A DNA stretch of 61,814 bases from an uncultured Ignavibacteriota bacterium (GTDB lineage: Bacteria; Bacteroidota; Ignavibacteria; UBA10030; BY39), in assembly GCA_947085285.1 (NCBI GenBank), contig CAMTVZ010000165.1:1-61814 (forward strand), in the 5' to 3' direction. Positions 9,649 to 19,585 of this stretch are shown one piece after another (the stretch's first letter is position 1; every line of letters starts with the position of its first letter). Both the position numbers and the translations under genes were made by a program. Below the pieces are notes generated by a model. It did not search any database. It saw nothing but the letters and a program-made list of their open reading frames with translations, and was not told the DNA's origin.

Positions 9649-11052
9649 TTAGTGTCCTTTGCCCAAAAACATAACTGCTATAGTATGGAAGATAATTTTA
9701 AAGTCCATTCTTAACGACATATTCTCGATGTAGAAGAGATCGTATTGAACTTTCTTTTTAACATCCTCAATACTCTCATCGTACTTGTGTTTTACTTGTG
9801 CCCATCCTGTAATACCGGGTCTGATTTTTAATCGACGCTTATAAAGTGGTATTTCCTTTGCAAGTAGCTCTACAAAAAAGGGCCTTTCAGGTCGAGGACC
9901 AATTAAACTCATATCGCCATTTAATACATTTATGAATTGTGGAATTTCGTCTAATCTTAATTTGCGTAAAATTTTTCCAACACGAGTTATCCTTGCATCA
10001 TCCTTGTTAGCCCATACAGGTCCCGATTTATGTTCAGCATCTTCTACCATCGAACGGAATTTAATTATCTTGAACAATTTTTCATCTTTTCCAACACGTT
10101 CTTGTGTATAGAATATCGGTCCTTTCGAATCGAGTTTAATTGCAATAGCCAATAGAATCCAAAGTGGCAAACCAAGGAAAAGTATTAAAAACGAAACACT
10201 GATATCTATTAGTCGCTTAACAGCCTGTTCCCACGGCTGCATTAACTCTGTATTAATTTCAATTAGAGGGAAGCCGTAAATTTGGTTTGTACGGGCCTGT
10301 CCACTTATGATATCGTATAAATCGGGTATTATCTTAATTCTAACATCGTTACCATTGCAAGCAGCAATTACCTTCAACAATTTATCGTGCTCAGTTGAAT
10401 CGAGTGCTATTAAAACATCTTTTACTTTATATTGTTCGTTGAGATTTGAAAGGTCGTTTGCTGAACCTAAAACAGGTACCCCTTTATGATTTGCATTCAC
10501 AATTTCCTCTTCGGTCGAAACAAAACCAATGATACGATGCCCTAATGCTGGGTATTGTTGTATCTTGTCGAACAATTCAATTGCTTTATTATTCCATCCT
10601 ACAATAACAGTGTTGTTCAATCCGATGCCGCGTAGCATCAGACCTCGTTGGAAAGTATGATAGATTAATCTGCCAGTTGACGTAAAACCTAAAAGCAAAG
10701 CCCAATAAATTAAAATAAGAAAACGTGAGTGGATTGGGGATCCAACTTTTTGGTCGTCAATGAATATGATGAAGAAGAGGAATAATGTTCCAAAAACAGA
10801 AGCTTTAGCGAGAGCAATAAATTCATCGAGCCGGGATTGAGCACGCCAAGGGCGGTACAACCCAAAGAAAAAGAAAACGATAAGCCAGTAAATCCAGATG
10901 ATAAGCATCGGAAGCACGAGGTCGGGTTCAACGGCATACGATACCCAGCCACTGCGAATTCTAAACCAGTAATAAACATACCACGCTAAATTAATAGCTA
11001 CAAAGTCGATAAGTAATAAATTGTATTTTTCTTTTGAAAATCTACCTTGCAT
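9649..11052 (-). CDS. polyprenyl-phosphate hexose-1-phosphate transferase (WbaP/WcaJ-type initiating phosphoglycosyl transferase)
   Basis: 467 aa with N-terminal TM segments, a Rossmann-like middle and a complete C-terminal sugar-transferase domain. Domain segments: KRLIDISVSF, GPIFYTQERVGK, FKIIKFRSM, LDEIPQFINVLNGDMSLIGPRPE, RPGITGWAQV. Confidence 0.85.
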   Translation of the reverse strand: MQGRFSKEKYNLLLIDFVAINLAWYVYYWFRIRSGWVSYAVEPDLVLPMLIIWIYWLIVFFFFGLYRPWRAQSRLDEFIALAKASVFGTLFLFFIIFIDDQKVGSPIHSRFLILIYWALLLGFTSTGRLIYHTFQRGLMLRGIGLNNTVIVGWNNKAIELFDKIQQYPALGHRIIGFVSTEEEIVNANHKGVPVLGSANDLSNLNEQYKVKDVLIALDSTEHDKLLKVIAACNGNDVRIKIIPDLYDIISGQARTNQIYGFPLIEINTELMQPWEQAVKRLIDISVSFLILFLGLPLWILLAIAIKLDSKGPIFYTQERVGKDEKLFKIIKFRSMVEDAEHKSGPVWANKDDARITRVGKILRKLRLDEIPQFINVLNGDMSLIGPRPERPFFVELLAKEIPLYKRRLKIRPGITGWAQVKHKYDESIEDVKKKVQYDLFYIENMSLRMDFKIIFHTIAVMFLGKGH

Positions 11053-11085
11053 AATTAGTATTAAGATAAAAGATTATGGTAAAGA

Positions 11086-12276
11086 TTACAAATGTTTACC
11101 AAGGTTTTCATAGTAATAAGATTCGAGCTGTTCAGCGATTATTTTCCAATCATATAACGAACGCACAATATTTTTAGCATTTTCGGAGAGACGTTTTTGC
11201 ATATCAGGATCTTTCAAAACTTTAACTACCGCATTTGCAAAATCTTCGGGGGTATCTGCTATGAGGATATCTCTTCCAGTTTCTACAGGTAATCCCTCAA
11301 CTCCTATGAAGGACGTAACAACAGGGACTCCAAGTGCCATTGGTTCTAATATTTTATTGAGAGTGCCAGCTCCGAACCGGATTGGTGCAATAACGACACT
11401 ACTCTTCAAATAATAATCTTTTATATCATGAACAAACCCTGTAATAATGATATCGTGTTGTGCAAGTTTCAGGATACTCGGCGGTGGGTCTTTCCCTACG
11501 ATATATAATTTTGCATCTTGTATCTGTTTTTTAATCAAAGGGAAAATTTCCTTAACAAAATAATGTACACCATCGGAATTTGGGAAATATGACATGTTAC
11601 CTGTGAAAATAATCCTGTTAGGTTCGCGTTCAACGTTTTGAGTATTTGTAAAATAATCTAAATCGATTCCGTTGTACAATAAGTCGATTTTTGCCTTGGG
11701 TGCGTTTTTTAATAAGAACTCCTTATCAACAGCCGAACAAACAAGGCATCTATTAAAATACTCTAAGATCTTTTCATACTTGCTAAGTCGTGTAAGCTCC
11801 GTCTTCAACAATAATTTATAGATGATATTTTTGTTTGTATTGAGAAAACGTTCAAGATAGAGGGAACCCGCATCAGTCAAATCTAAGATACGTGGGATTC
11901 TAAAATCTTTCATATATTGAGCCATTCTGATGAGATGGACATGCACGATGTCGAATTGTTTCGATTCAAATTCATTCTCAATTTGGCGCTTGAAGGTTTT
12001 AGATTTGTAATATGCCACCTGAAACGGTTTATTGGCTGGTATATTACAGATACAATTTAAAATCGATTTCCAGACAGGCAGGTAAATAGTTTTTACTTCT
12101 GAACAATATTCTTTGAGCATCGTAACATATTGCAACTCATCTTTAGAAGAAATAAACGACAACAATGTAATTTCATGTCCTCGCTTTGATAATTGTTTGA
12201 TGAGATTGAAAATTTTCAGCTTATCGCCGCGATAAGGGGGATAAGGTAGCCGAGATGTGAGTAGTAGTATGCGCAT
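11086..12276 (-). CDS. family-4 (GT-B) glycosyltransferase
   Basis: MRILLLTSRLPYPPYRGDKLK is a GT4-type N-terminus, and the C-terminal region has GAGTLNKILEPMALGVPVVTS. I prefer the Met at 12276 over the track start at 12309, which would overlap the upstream methyltransferase. Confidence 0.75.
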   Translation of the reverse strand: MRILLLTSRLPYPPYRGDKLKIFNLIKQLSKRGHEITLLSFISSKDELQYVTMLKEYCSEVKTIYLPVWKSILNCICNIPANKPFQVAYYKSKTFKRQIENEFESKQFDIVHVHLIRMAQYMKDFRIPRILDLTDAGSLYLERFLNTNKNIIYKLLLKTELTRLSKYEKILEYFNRCLVCSAVDKEFLLKNAPKAKIDLLYNGIDLDYFTNTQNVEREPNRIIFTGNMSYFPNSDGVHYFVKEIFPLIKKQIQDAKLYIVGKDPPPSILKLAQHDIIITGFVHDIKDYYLKSSVVIAPIRFGAGTLNKILEPMALGVPVVTSFIGVEGLPVETGRDILIADTPEDFANAVVKVLKDPDMQKRLSENAKNIVRSLYDWKIIAEQLESYYYENLGKHL

Positions 12277-12283
12277 TGTTTTA

Positions 12284-12970
12284 TTAATTAGTAGTAACTC
12301 GTTTAGCAATAACTACATTTGCAAAACCTAATAAATCCCAAAATGCTGTACCGCTAATAAAACCATATTTCCAAATATCATAGATAATGTAGATTGGAAG
12401 AAATAATATTCTTTTAAATGAACGGCGGGTTTTAGCAAGTAATATTTCGCAGTTATTGTTTTTTAGTGTATTTATCATCTCGCTCATTGGATAAATTCTT
12501 TTATGGGTTTGGTCGTCCCAAAAATTTAAAGTTCCTTTCATACTGGGCAAACTCAAGCTTATTTGACTTGGAGTTTCAATATATAAAATACCTCCATTTT
12601 TCAATTTTTTATGTAATTGTGATAATATCTCTAATCCCGATGAGAGATGTTCGATAATATGTGAGAAAATTATACAATCGTAGTAATCATCATGAATTTC
12701 ATCCAACGAGCTACTGTTTAAATCAATTTTATAAAATCTGTCAATGCAGGCAAAATCAGAGTCTTGATAATTATATGTTTGATTAATATCTAAACCATGA
12801 TATTCACAATTCCCGATATACTTTTTTGTTAACGATGGTGAATGATTGCCACATCCGATATCAAGAATTCTAAGGTGTCCAGAATTAAGATATTTTAGTA
12901 AGTAATCAAATCGAACTGGTCTTCGCAGATAACTAATAAAAAGATTGAATATATTAGAAAATTTATTCAT
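12284..12970 (-). CDS. class I SAM-dependent methyltransferase
   Basis: 228 aa. Motif I is ILDIGCGNH, followed by a post-I acidic residue (GLD) and motif II/III-like YDCIIFSHIIEHL...LKNGGILYIETP. Confidence 0.7.
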   Translation of the reverse strand: MNKFSNIFNLFISYLRRPVRFDYLLKYLNSGHLRILDIGCGNHSPSLTKKYIGNCEYHGLDINQTYNYQDSDFACIDRFYKIDLNSSSLDEIHDDYYDCIIFSHIIEHLSSGLEILSQLHKKLKNGGILYIETPSQISLSLPSMKGTLNFWDDQTHKRIYPMSEMINTLKNNNCEILLAKTRRSFKRILFLPIYIIYDIWKYGFISGTAFWDLLGFANVVIAKRVTTN

Positions 12971-14052
12971 CGGTTTAAGATAGAACGATATAGATTAATA
13001 TGGTTACGAACAACTTCGGTATAGGAATAGATAGAAGTGCCGCCATAGTTTAGGTTACTACGTAGGTTTGAATTATTATCGATATACGATAATAATTCGA
13101 TTAAATTTTCTTTATTATTTAGATCAAATAAAAAAAGTTGGTTGTTATGTCGCTTATGAAATTCAAGGTTCGTAGGTATATTAGATGCAATTATTGGTGT
13201 ATTGGTTACTATTGCTTCTGCAACAGGAATCCCAAAGCCTTCATACAGTGATGGCATCACGAGTGCTTTGCAGGTTTTGTATAGTTGGATGAGGTTTTCG
13301 TTCTGAATGTATCTTAGCCACACAATATTGGGATGTTTTATAAGGTGTTCAATTTCGTTAAAACCAAATCCTGCCTTACCGACTAAAATAAGCTTAGTAT
13401 TTTTAGATATTGCTGAAGATTTATATGCATTGATGAATGTGTTGAGTAAAAATGATATGTTTTTTCTTTGTTCTAGGGTCCCTACGAACAGGAAAAAACT
13501 ATCGTTGATATAGGGTTGATTCAATTCAAATATGTTCTCATTTTTAATTTGATTGAAATATAATTCGTTTACACCATTGAATATTACATTTACTTTTTGT
13601 TCTTGTATATTCTTAAATTTATCCAAAATTTCGGCTTTAATACTTTCGGAGGGAGTTACAATGGCTTCAACTCGTTCCAACGATTTGATTATTGCCCTTC
13701 TTATATATGGCAAATAATATTCAGGAAATAATTGCGGATATTTAAAAACACTTAAATCGTGTATTGTGGTAACCTGAATTATTTTTCGGTGTGGTTTGGG
13801 TGTATAATAATTTTGATAGTGAATTATATCATATTTTTTATTAAATATCGTTTCTAAATTTACATTAATGATATATAATTGTCGTCTAATTATACGAGGG
13901 AGGTACTTCAAGTAATTGTAATTGCTTAAATCACAATCAGTAATTTTATTAAGGTGTTTCCATAGGTTATAACTTACATTACCTATTCCTGTAAGATTAC
14001 CTAATGTGCTTAAACCTTCGTTAATTAAAATTTTCATTTGTTTAAAAACCAA
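12967..14052 (-). CDS. family-4 glycosyltransferase (tandem paralog 1)
   Basis: 361 aa with the E-x7-E region MPSLYEGFGIPVAEAIVTNTPIIASN. It is collinear with the next gene: ITDCDLSNYNYL versus ITDCKISTYSYL, and TIHDLSVFKYP versus TIHDLIPFRCP. Confidence 0.7.
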   Translation of the reverse strand: MVFKQMKILINEGLSTLGNLTGIGNVSYNLWKHLNKITDCDLSNYNYLKYLPRIIRRQLYIINVNLETIFNKKYDIIHYQNYYTPKPHRKIIQVTTIHDLSVFKYPQLFPEYYLPYIRRAIIKSLERVEAIVTPSESIKAEILDKFKNIQEQKVNVIFNGVNELYFNQIKNENIFELNQPYINDSFFLFVGTLEQRKNISFLLNTFINAYKSSAISKNTKLILVGKAGFGFNEIEHLIKHPNIVWLRYIQNENLIQLYKTCKALVMPSLYEGFGIPVAEAIVTNTPIIASNIPTNLEFHKRHNNQLFLFDLNNKENLIELLSYIDNNSNLRSNLNYGGTSIYSYTEVVRNHINLYRSILNR

Positions 14053-15130
14053 TAATTTTCTTATATGCCTTAAAATGATTCCTCGCTACAACGTCGTAGG
14101 TGTAATTATCTAAATTCTTATAATCTAACCTATCTCGATATATCTGATGTTTCTTGTCGAATTCAACAATTAACTCGCTTAGTTGATTTGGTTTTTCGAG
14201 CTCGAAAATAAACATTTGATCGTTATGAGCTTTGTTCAATTCGATGCTAGCTGCAATATTGGATATAATAATTGGACAATTTTGACTCATTGCTTCAAGC
14301 AAAACCATTCCATACCCCTCGTACATTGAAGGGAAAATAAATGCTTTTGCATACTTATAGAGTGCTACCATAATATTGTCGGAGATATAACCAAGGGTAA
14401 TGATGTTCTTAGAAGAGATCAATTTGCTATTAATAGAAGAATATCCGTAGGCCGGTTTTCCGGTAAGTATTAATTTTGTGTCGGGCGATATTCCTTTTTT
14501 TTCAAGTGCATTTTTAAAAGAGTCGATTAGATAAATTAAATTTTTTCTGGTAGTTAAATCGCCTACGAATAAAAAGTAGTTATATGGTTTGATATTGATT
14601 GTTAATAATTCATTATCCTCAACATTTGCTTTGAAAAAAATATCTCGCAAGCCACCACCACATATAAATATTTTTCTTTCTTCGATATGTGGGAATAAAT
14701 TTAGTATCTCGTTTTTTACAAAATTCGACAAAGTAATGATTGCATCGGATCGTTCAATTGAGTTTTTAGTAGCTCTCCTATTATACGATCGCCAGATAGC
14801 TGTTATTGTTTCTGGACATCTGAACGGAATTAGGTCGTGAATAGTTACAACTTTCTTGGCTGAAAATTTTGTGAACGGTACGTAGTGTGTTAAAAAATGG
14901 AGGATATCATATTTTTGGTTCAAATATTCAAGATTTGTGATGAACTCGTAAGTTAATCTCTTTGCTATTGGGGGCATTCGGTGTAGATAACTATATGTCG
15001 AGATTTTACAATCAGTTATTTTTTTGAGACTTAAATAAAGATTATCTGCGTGCTGACCAATTCCGCTAAGCATCTTTGATTTTGAAGGTCCAGCATCTAG
15101 TAAAATATCTAATTTGGAATTATCTAGCAT
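14042..15130 (-). CDS. family-4 glycosyltransferase (tandem paralog 2)
   Basis: 362 aa with FPSMYEGYGMVLLEAMSQNCPIIISN. It aligns end to end with 12967-14052. Confidence 0.7.
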   Translation of the reverse strand: MLDNSKLDILLDAGPSKSKMLSGIGQHADNLYLSLKKITDCKISTYSYLHRMPPIAKRLTYEFITNLEYLNQKYDILHFLTHYVPFTKFSAKKVVTIHDLIPFRCPETITAIWRSYNRRATKNSIERSDAIITLSNFVKNEILNLFPHIEERKIFICGGGLRDIFFKANVEDNELLTINIKPYNYFLFVGDLTTRKNLIYLIDSFKNALEKKGISPDTKLILTGKPAYGYSSINSKLISSKNIITLGYISDNIMVALYKYAKAFIFPSMYEGYGMVLLEAMSQNCPIIISNIAASIELNKAHNDQMFIFELEKPNQLSELIVEFDKKHQIYRDRLDYKNLDNYTYDVVARNHFKAYKKIIGF

Positions 15131-16394
15131 GTTTAAGCTCGGGTTTGATGCATATTAGATGAATTATTGATAAAGTAACGACATTATACACAAAGTGGAG
15201 TAAAGTAAACGCATTAAAGAAAAAGCTCATAAACACAGAGAAAGCAACTATCGCATAAATAGCAAGCCAAGCGAAATTTTTTTGTTCCAACATTTTATAA
15301 TATATATAACCCACGAATAGTCCAAACAAAAAAGGGAATAGCGCTAAACCGATTATGCCAAAATCAAAATAATAATACCAGTGAAAAGGATAGGTATTGT
15401 AACCGCTGATTAGTAATTCCATTTCATCGATGTTAAAGTATTTTAACAAATTCTTTTTTAATCCTGTAATTGCTAACAAAGGATTAAAGGTAAAATATCC
15501 ATAGGTATGGTAATATAATTTATCAACACCACGAGCAAAATTTTCAAGATTCATCGCAATGTACATATACGGTTCTGTTAGAACTGAATATTCTTCCGAA
15601 AATTTCATTTTAGATGTTAAGTAAACATATTTTTCAACATGCTTTAAAAATCTCAAGTTCATAATCGTATAAATTACGATAGCGAAGAATGATGCCCCTC
15701 CGATAATATAACGGAGTTTTATTTTTTTACCTGCATAGTAAAAAACAAGAACAATCATAAAAGCACCCATTACTAAATCCATCCTCTGTAATAACAGGGT
15801 ATATGAAATAATGGTAGCTATAAAAATCGAAAGTAATAAAAATTTTCTTTTACGAGTTTTGTATTTACTATAAATAAAATATTCAATTATCATTAATAGT
15901 ATCACGGGTGCTGAATGGACTAGTAAACCAAAACCAAATACAGTCATCTGAGTCCGGGATTCTCCGGGAAAAAAATGCAAAGCCGGAATAAACCCTTTAA
16001 TCAGAAAAGTTCCCATATAGCCTATCGTGTATATGAAAAATAATAGTATAGTTAGATAATAAAATAAATTTTCATTCATTCCTTTTGAATGAATAATTTC
16101 TCGAAATTCACTTCGGTTAGGGATAGGTTTATTGATATTCAATATGTAAATAAAAAATATTCCAGCCAAGAAAAACAACAGTCCCAACATTAACGTAATC
16201 CAGCTATACAAACTCCACTGGTGTTGGAAATGACTCAATTTGAGTTCTGCTAAACCGATGGCTAAAGACCATATCACAATAAATATTCTTGCTGGAGCAA
16301 AAAAGTCGGATGTTTTGCGTAACCCTGAAAAAAGGGTTAAGAAAAAAATTAAAAAACAAATAATCGAAATTATACTCATAAACACAACTAACAA
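15120..16394 (-). CDS. Wzy-like oligosaccharide repeat-unit polymerase (polytopic membrane protein)
   Basis: 424 aa with about 10-12 TM segments, no soluble domain, very low GC, and a position between the GT genes and Wzx. Assignment rests on topology and context only. Confidence 0.55.
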   Translation of the reverse strand: MLVVFMSIISIICFLIFFLTLFSGLRKTSDFFAPARIFIVIWSLAIGLAELKLSHFQHQWSLYSWITLMLGLLFFLAGIFFIYILNINKPIPNRSEFREIIHSKGMNENLFYYLTILLFFIYTIGYMGTFLIKGFIPALHFFPGESRTQMTVFGFGLLVHSAPVILLMIIEYFIYSKYKTRKRKFLLLSIFIATIISYTLLLQRMDLVMGAFMIVLVFYYAGKKIKLRYIIGGASFFAIVIYTIMNLRFLKHVEKYVYLTSKMKFSEEYSVLTEPYMYIAMNLENFARGVDKLYYHTYGYFTFNPLLAITGLKKNLLKYFNIDEMELLISGYNTYPFHWYYYFDFGIIGLALFPFLFGLFVGYIYYKMLEQKNFAWLAIYAIVAFSVFMSFFFNAFTLLHFVYNVVTLSIIHLICIKPELKHAR

Positions 16395-16735
16395 TCTATT
16401 AATTTAAAAATACTGTTATGGAGAAAGTGCCTCGCAACATATAATTTTATTTTATTGTTGTATAAATTTCGTAATGGTATTTCAAACGGTAAATAATCAT
16501 TGATCACAATTTTCTTCACATATGATGATATAGCTTTGGTAATTTTTGTGGTTGGTAAATTAAACGTAAAATCCCGACAAAACCTAACCACAGCCTTTTC
16601 TGACCGTTTCGGTGAGAGAAATATAATAGAATCGTTGAATATTATCTCAGCTCCTTTTCTGTTTCTAACGTCATCTATTAAAAGTCGATTAAATTGTATT
16701 TTTCCACATGTTTGTTTTAAAATATTTTTAATCAT
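16388..16735 (-). CDS. hypothetical protein (possibly the 3' part of a 162-codon gene interrupted by an in-frame TGA at 16757-16759)
   Basis: Track ORF of 115 aa with no motif I recognise. A 39-codon ORF (MIKRTNYFPDTLLTMYDTPEKYYNILFLNKAEIIHTLKY) starts at 16876 in an ATGA overlap with the Wzx stop. It is in the same frame as the track ORF. Confidence 0.4.
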   Translation of the reverse strand: MIKNILKQTCGKIQFNRLLIDDVRNRKGAEIIFNDSIIFLSPKRSEKAVVRFCRDFTFNLPTTKITKAISSYVKKIVINDYLPFEIPLRNLYNNKIKLYVARHFLHNSIFKLIDC

Positions 16736-16872
16736 TGAAATTTTTTCCAGATTCGCTCAATATTTTAGTGTATGAATTATTTCCGCTTTATTTAAAAACA
16801 GTATGTTGTAATATTTTTCGGGAGTGTCATACATAGTTAAAAGAGTATCAGGAAAGTAGTTTGTACGTTTTA

Positions 16873-18315
16873 TCATTTATTAATAGCAACTCCGTTTTTT
16901 TCTAAAGAAAATATTAACATTCTTTCTTGTCTATTCAAGCCACCGATATAAACTGTTATTATATAAACTATTAAAAACAAAATAATGCCATAAATCCAAA
17001 ATATATTAACCAGATAATAAAGGCTAAGTCCTAAGACTAGAGTTATTAAAATTGGTATCAAATAACGTTTCTCAAAAGTCCAACGTACAAAATGTTGATA
17101 ATTAGATAAAAGATATCCCAATCCTACAAAGATATTCGAAATAATAGCAACTATAGCTGCACCGTATGCCCCATGTATAGGAATGATTATCAAACAAGCT
17201 ACTAATGTTACTAAAGTTCCAGCCGCAGTAATAAGCATTCTAAGGTTTTGACGATTTGATGTTGTTAACATTAATCCATATGTTTCAGAGATGAAACGTG
17301 TTAAAATAACAAAAGCGGCAATTTTCATAATAGGAATAGCGGCATCGAAATTATTTTTGCCGTATAAAAATGTAATAATCTGCTCTGCGTAAATATAAAA
17401 AACCAAAGATATTGGGAGAGAAATGATACAAAAAGTTTTATTTAAAATACGGCTAAGTTTCAACCAACGTTCTGAATTTGTTTCGTACAGACTCGATAAG
17501 GTTGGCATTGAGGTAAAAACTAAGATGTCGGATAAAATTAATACTAAACTAACAAGCTTGAAGGCTGAGTCGTATATTCCAACTGCATAATCGCCTTTAA
17601 GAAAAGCAAGGAACGGTATAATCAGTTGAAAAAAGAGATTACCAAATATTAAACTAAAGCCGAATGCTAAAATTTTTGACTTATCCTCGTGCCAACCTTT
17701 AATTGTAAACCTGAATGATTTTAGCCCTATTATATTTTGAGCCTTATATGCCGCAAAGGCTAAAGCCAAACCTCGTGTTGAGATAAAAATTAATGCTATG
17801 TATAGGATATTTAATTTCAGAATACCGGCAATGACTAATAAAACTAAGAAAAATGAATTAACAATAAATGTAATTTTGGTTTCGTGATGGAATTGTTCTA
17901 AACCCCTAAGCAATGCAAAAAAATAATTTGTAAGTGAGTTAAAAATTACACTGAAGCTGAAAATTAGTATTAATAATTTTGTGAGTGAGCTGGTGTCGAG
18001 TATTAGTGGTATCGTCCATATACAAACTAAAGCAAACGATGCGAAAATAAGTTTAAAAGAAAAAAAACGATTGACTATTTCTCCTGCCTTTTCTTTGTTT
18101 CGAGCTACTTCGATAGTCATTAAAGCGTCAAATCCAAAATCAGAAATTAAAACAAATATTGTTGAAAATACGAATGCGGTAGAAAAACTGCCAAATATGT
18201 CGGGACCATAGAAACGGGCAACACCGACAAACATTAGTGCGCTTGAGAGTATACGAATAGCAGCAGACAAAAATGAGAGTATAGAATTGCGCTTCAATGT
18301 TGCCGTTTGGTCCAT
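16873..18315 (-). CDS. Wzx-type polysaccharide flippase (MOP superfamily)
   Basis: 480 aa with about 12-14 TM segments and a flippase-like N-terminus (NSILSFLSAAIRILSSALMFVGVARFYGPDIFG). It lies inside the EPS locus. Confidence 0.7.
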   Translation of the reverse strand: MDQTATLKRNSILSFLSAAIRILSSALMFVGVARFYGPDIFGSFSTAFVFSTIFVLISDFGFDALMTIEVARNKEKAGEIVNRFFSFKLIFASFALVCIWTIPLILDTSSLTKLLILIFSFSVIFNSLTNYFFALLRGLEQFHHETKITFIVNSFFLVLLVIAGILKLNILYIALIFISTRGLALAFAAYKAQNIIGLKSFRFTIKGWHEDKSKILAFGFSLIFGNLFFQLIIPFLAFLKGDYAVGIYDSAFKLVSLVLILSDILVFTSMPTLSSLYETNSERWLKLSRILNKTFCIISLPISLVFYIYAEQIITFLYGKNNFDAAIPIMKIAAFVILTRFISETYGLMLTTSNRQNLRMLITAAGTLVTLVACLIIIPIHGAYGAAIVAIISNIFVGLGYLLSNYQHFVRWTFEKRYLIPILITLVLGLSLYYLVNIFWIYGIILFLIVYIITVYIGGLNRQERMLIFSLEKNGVAINK

Positions 18316-18320
18316 TAGAA

Positions 18321-19571
18321 TTATACTTTGTCTTTTCTCTTAAGACGAAATCCAAACCAGTCGTTTTTGAGTGTTCTAATTAGTGTATCGAATTGAATCG
18401 GATTATTTTTTTGTAGTTGGTATTTTGTTTCTAATAAGAATATGATGAATAATGATGTAACAGTAGAAATTACTAATGCAAGAAGAGTGTATAAAGCCAC
18501 CTTTGGCTTTGATTTTCTTTCAGGGACTTCAGCCTTGTCTAATACAACAACTGACGGTGTGCTCCTTCTTTCTTCAACTTTAGCCTGTTCAAGCAATGGT
18601 GTTATAAATTGTAAAATCTTATACTGAATTTCTAAATTACGATAAAGCCTGACGTATTCAGCCCCTAATTCCGGCGCTTGTTTGAATGGTATAAATATTT
18701 TCATCTGTTGTTCAGCTGTTGTATTCCCAGAATTCATTTCATTAATTTTCTTTTGTAATTCTTGTATTTCAATTTTAGCCGATTCTACTATAGGGCTTTC
18801 TTCCGAAAGGGTACGTTCCAGAATACTCAACTCAACTTCTTTTGCAATTAATTTACCATAAATATCAGCACCCGCTTTTATTGATGCTTCTATCTGCTCA
18901 GGCATAGCAATTACTCCAAATTTCTCTTGAAATCTTTTTAATGCCAATTCACCCTGACTGATTTCCTCTAAATTTTTGTTATATCGCTGCTCGATAAATT
19001 CTCGATTACCACGTGCATTCTGTACGTGTAATTCGGAATTCGTTTTATTTAGTAGTTCTACAAAATAATTAGCCATCTCGGCAGCACGTTGTGGACTCTT
19101 ATCGAATACTGTAATTGTTAAGTTCCCTTCATCCTGAACTTCGAATTCCACGTTCGACAAAAGTTCCTTAGTTGTTTTTTCCATAGGGTAGCTTTTTATC
19201 TTATAAACGTTTACTAGATCAAACTTCCTGATTACCTCGCTTAATACAGTTGAGCTCTTTAAGATTGCAAGATATCTATCTGTTTCAGTCGGTCCGGTTA
19301 ATGAACCTAATTTTTTACCAGGTGCGAAAGTCTTTACCAGTGATGAAATCCCCTCAACACCCGAAAGTAAGTCGGTTTGCTCAGCCGGAAATACTGATGC
19401 TGTTGCTTTGTACCATTTGGGACTAAAGTAAGCTATGATAGTGGTTGTAAAAGTAACAACAATAATGAACCAAACAAGAAAACGTCGGTACTTTGTTAAA
19501 ACTGATAAAAAATCAAGTAATGTGCTTCCTAATGTTATTGTTTTATCTTCTTGATTAAATTCTTCCATCAC
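18321..19571 (-). CDS. polysaccharide co-polymerase / chain-length determinant (Wzz/GumC-like, no kinase domain)
   Basis: 416 aa with an N-terminal TM (FLVWFIIVVTFTTTIIAYF), then a PKWYKATASV Wzz-type motif. A long coiled-coil periplasmic region follows, then a C-terminal TM (LYTLLALVISTVTSLFIIFLL). Confidence 0.7.
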   Translation of the reverse strand: MMEEFNQEDKTITLGSTLLDFLSVLTKYRRFLVWFIIVVTFTTTIIAYFSPKWYKATASVFPAEQTDLLSGVEGISSLVKTFAPGKKLGSLTGPTETDRYLAILKSSTVLSEVIRKFDLVNVYKIKSYPMEKTTKELLSNVEFEVQDEGNLTITVFDKSPQRAAEMANYFVELLNKTNSELHVQNARGNREFIEQRYNKNLEEISQGELALKRFQEKFGVIAMPEQIEASIKAGADIYGKLIAKEVELSILERTLSEESPIVESAKIEIQELQKKINEMNSGNTTAEQQMKIFIPFKQAPELGAEYVRLYRNLEIQYKILQFITPLLEQAKVEERRSTPSVVVLDKAEVPERKSKPKVALYTLLALVISTVTSLFIIFLLETKYQLQKNNPIQFDTLIRTLKNDWFGFRLKRKDKV

Positions 19572-19585
19572 ATCTTTCTATATTG

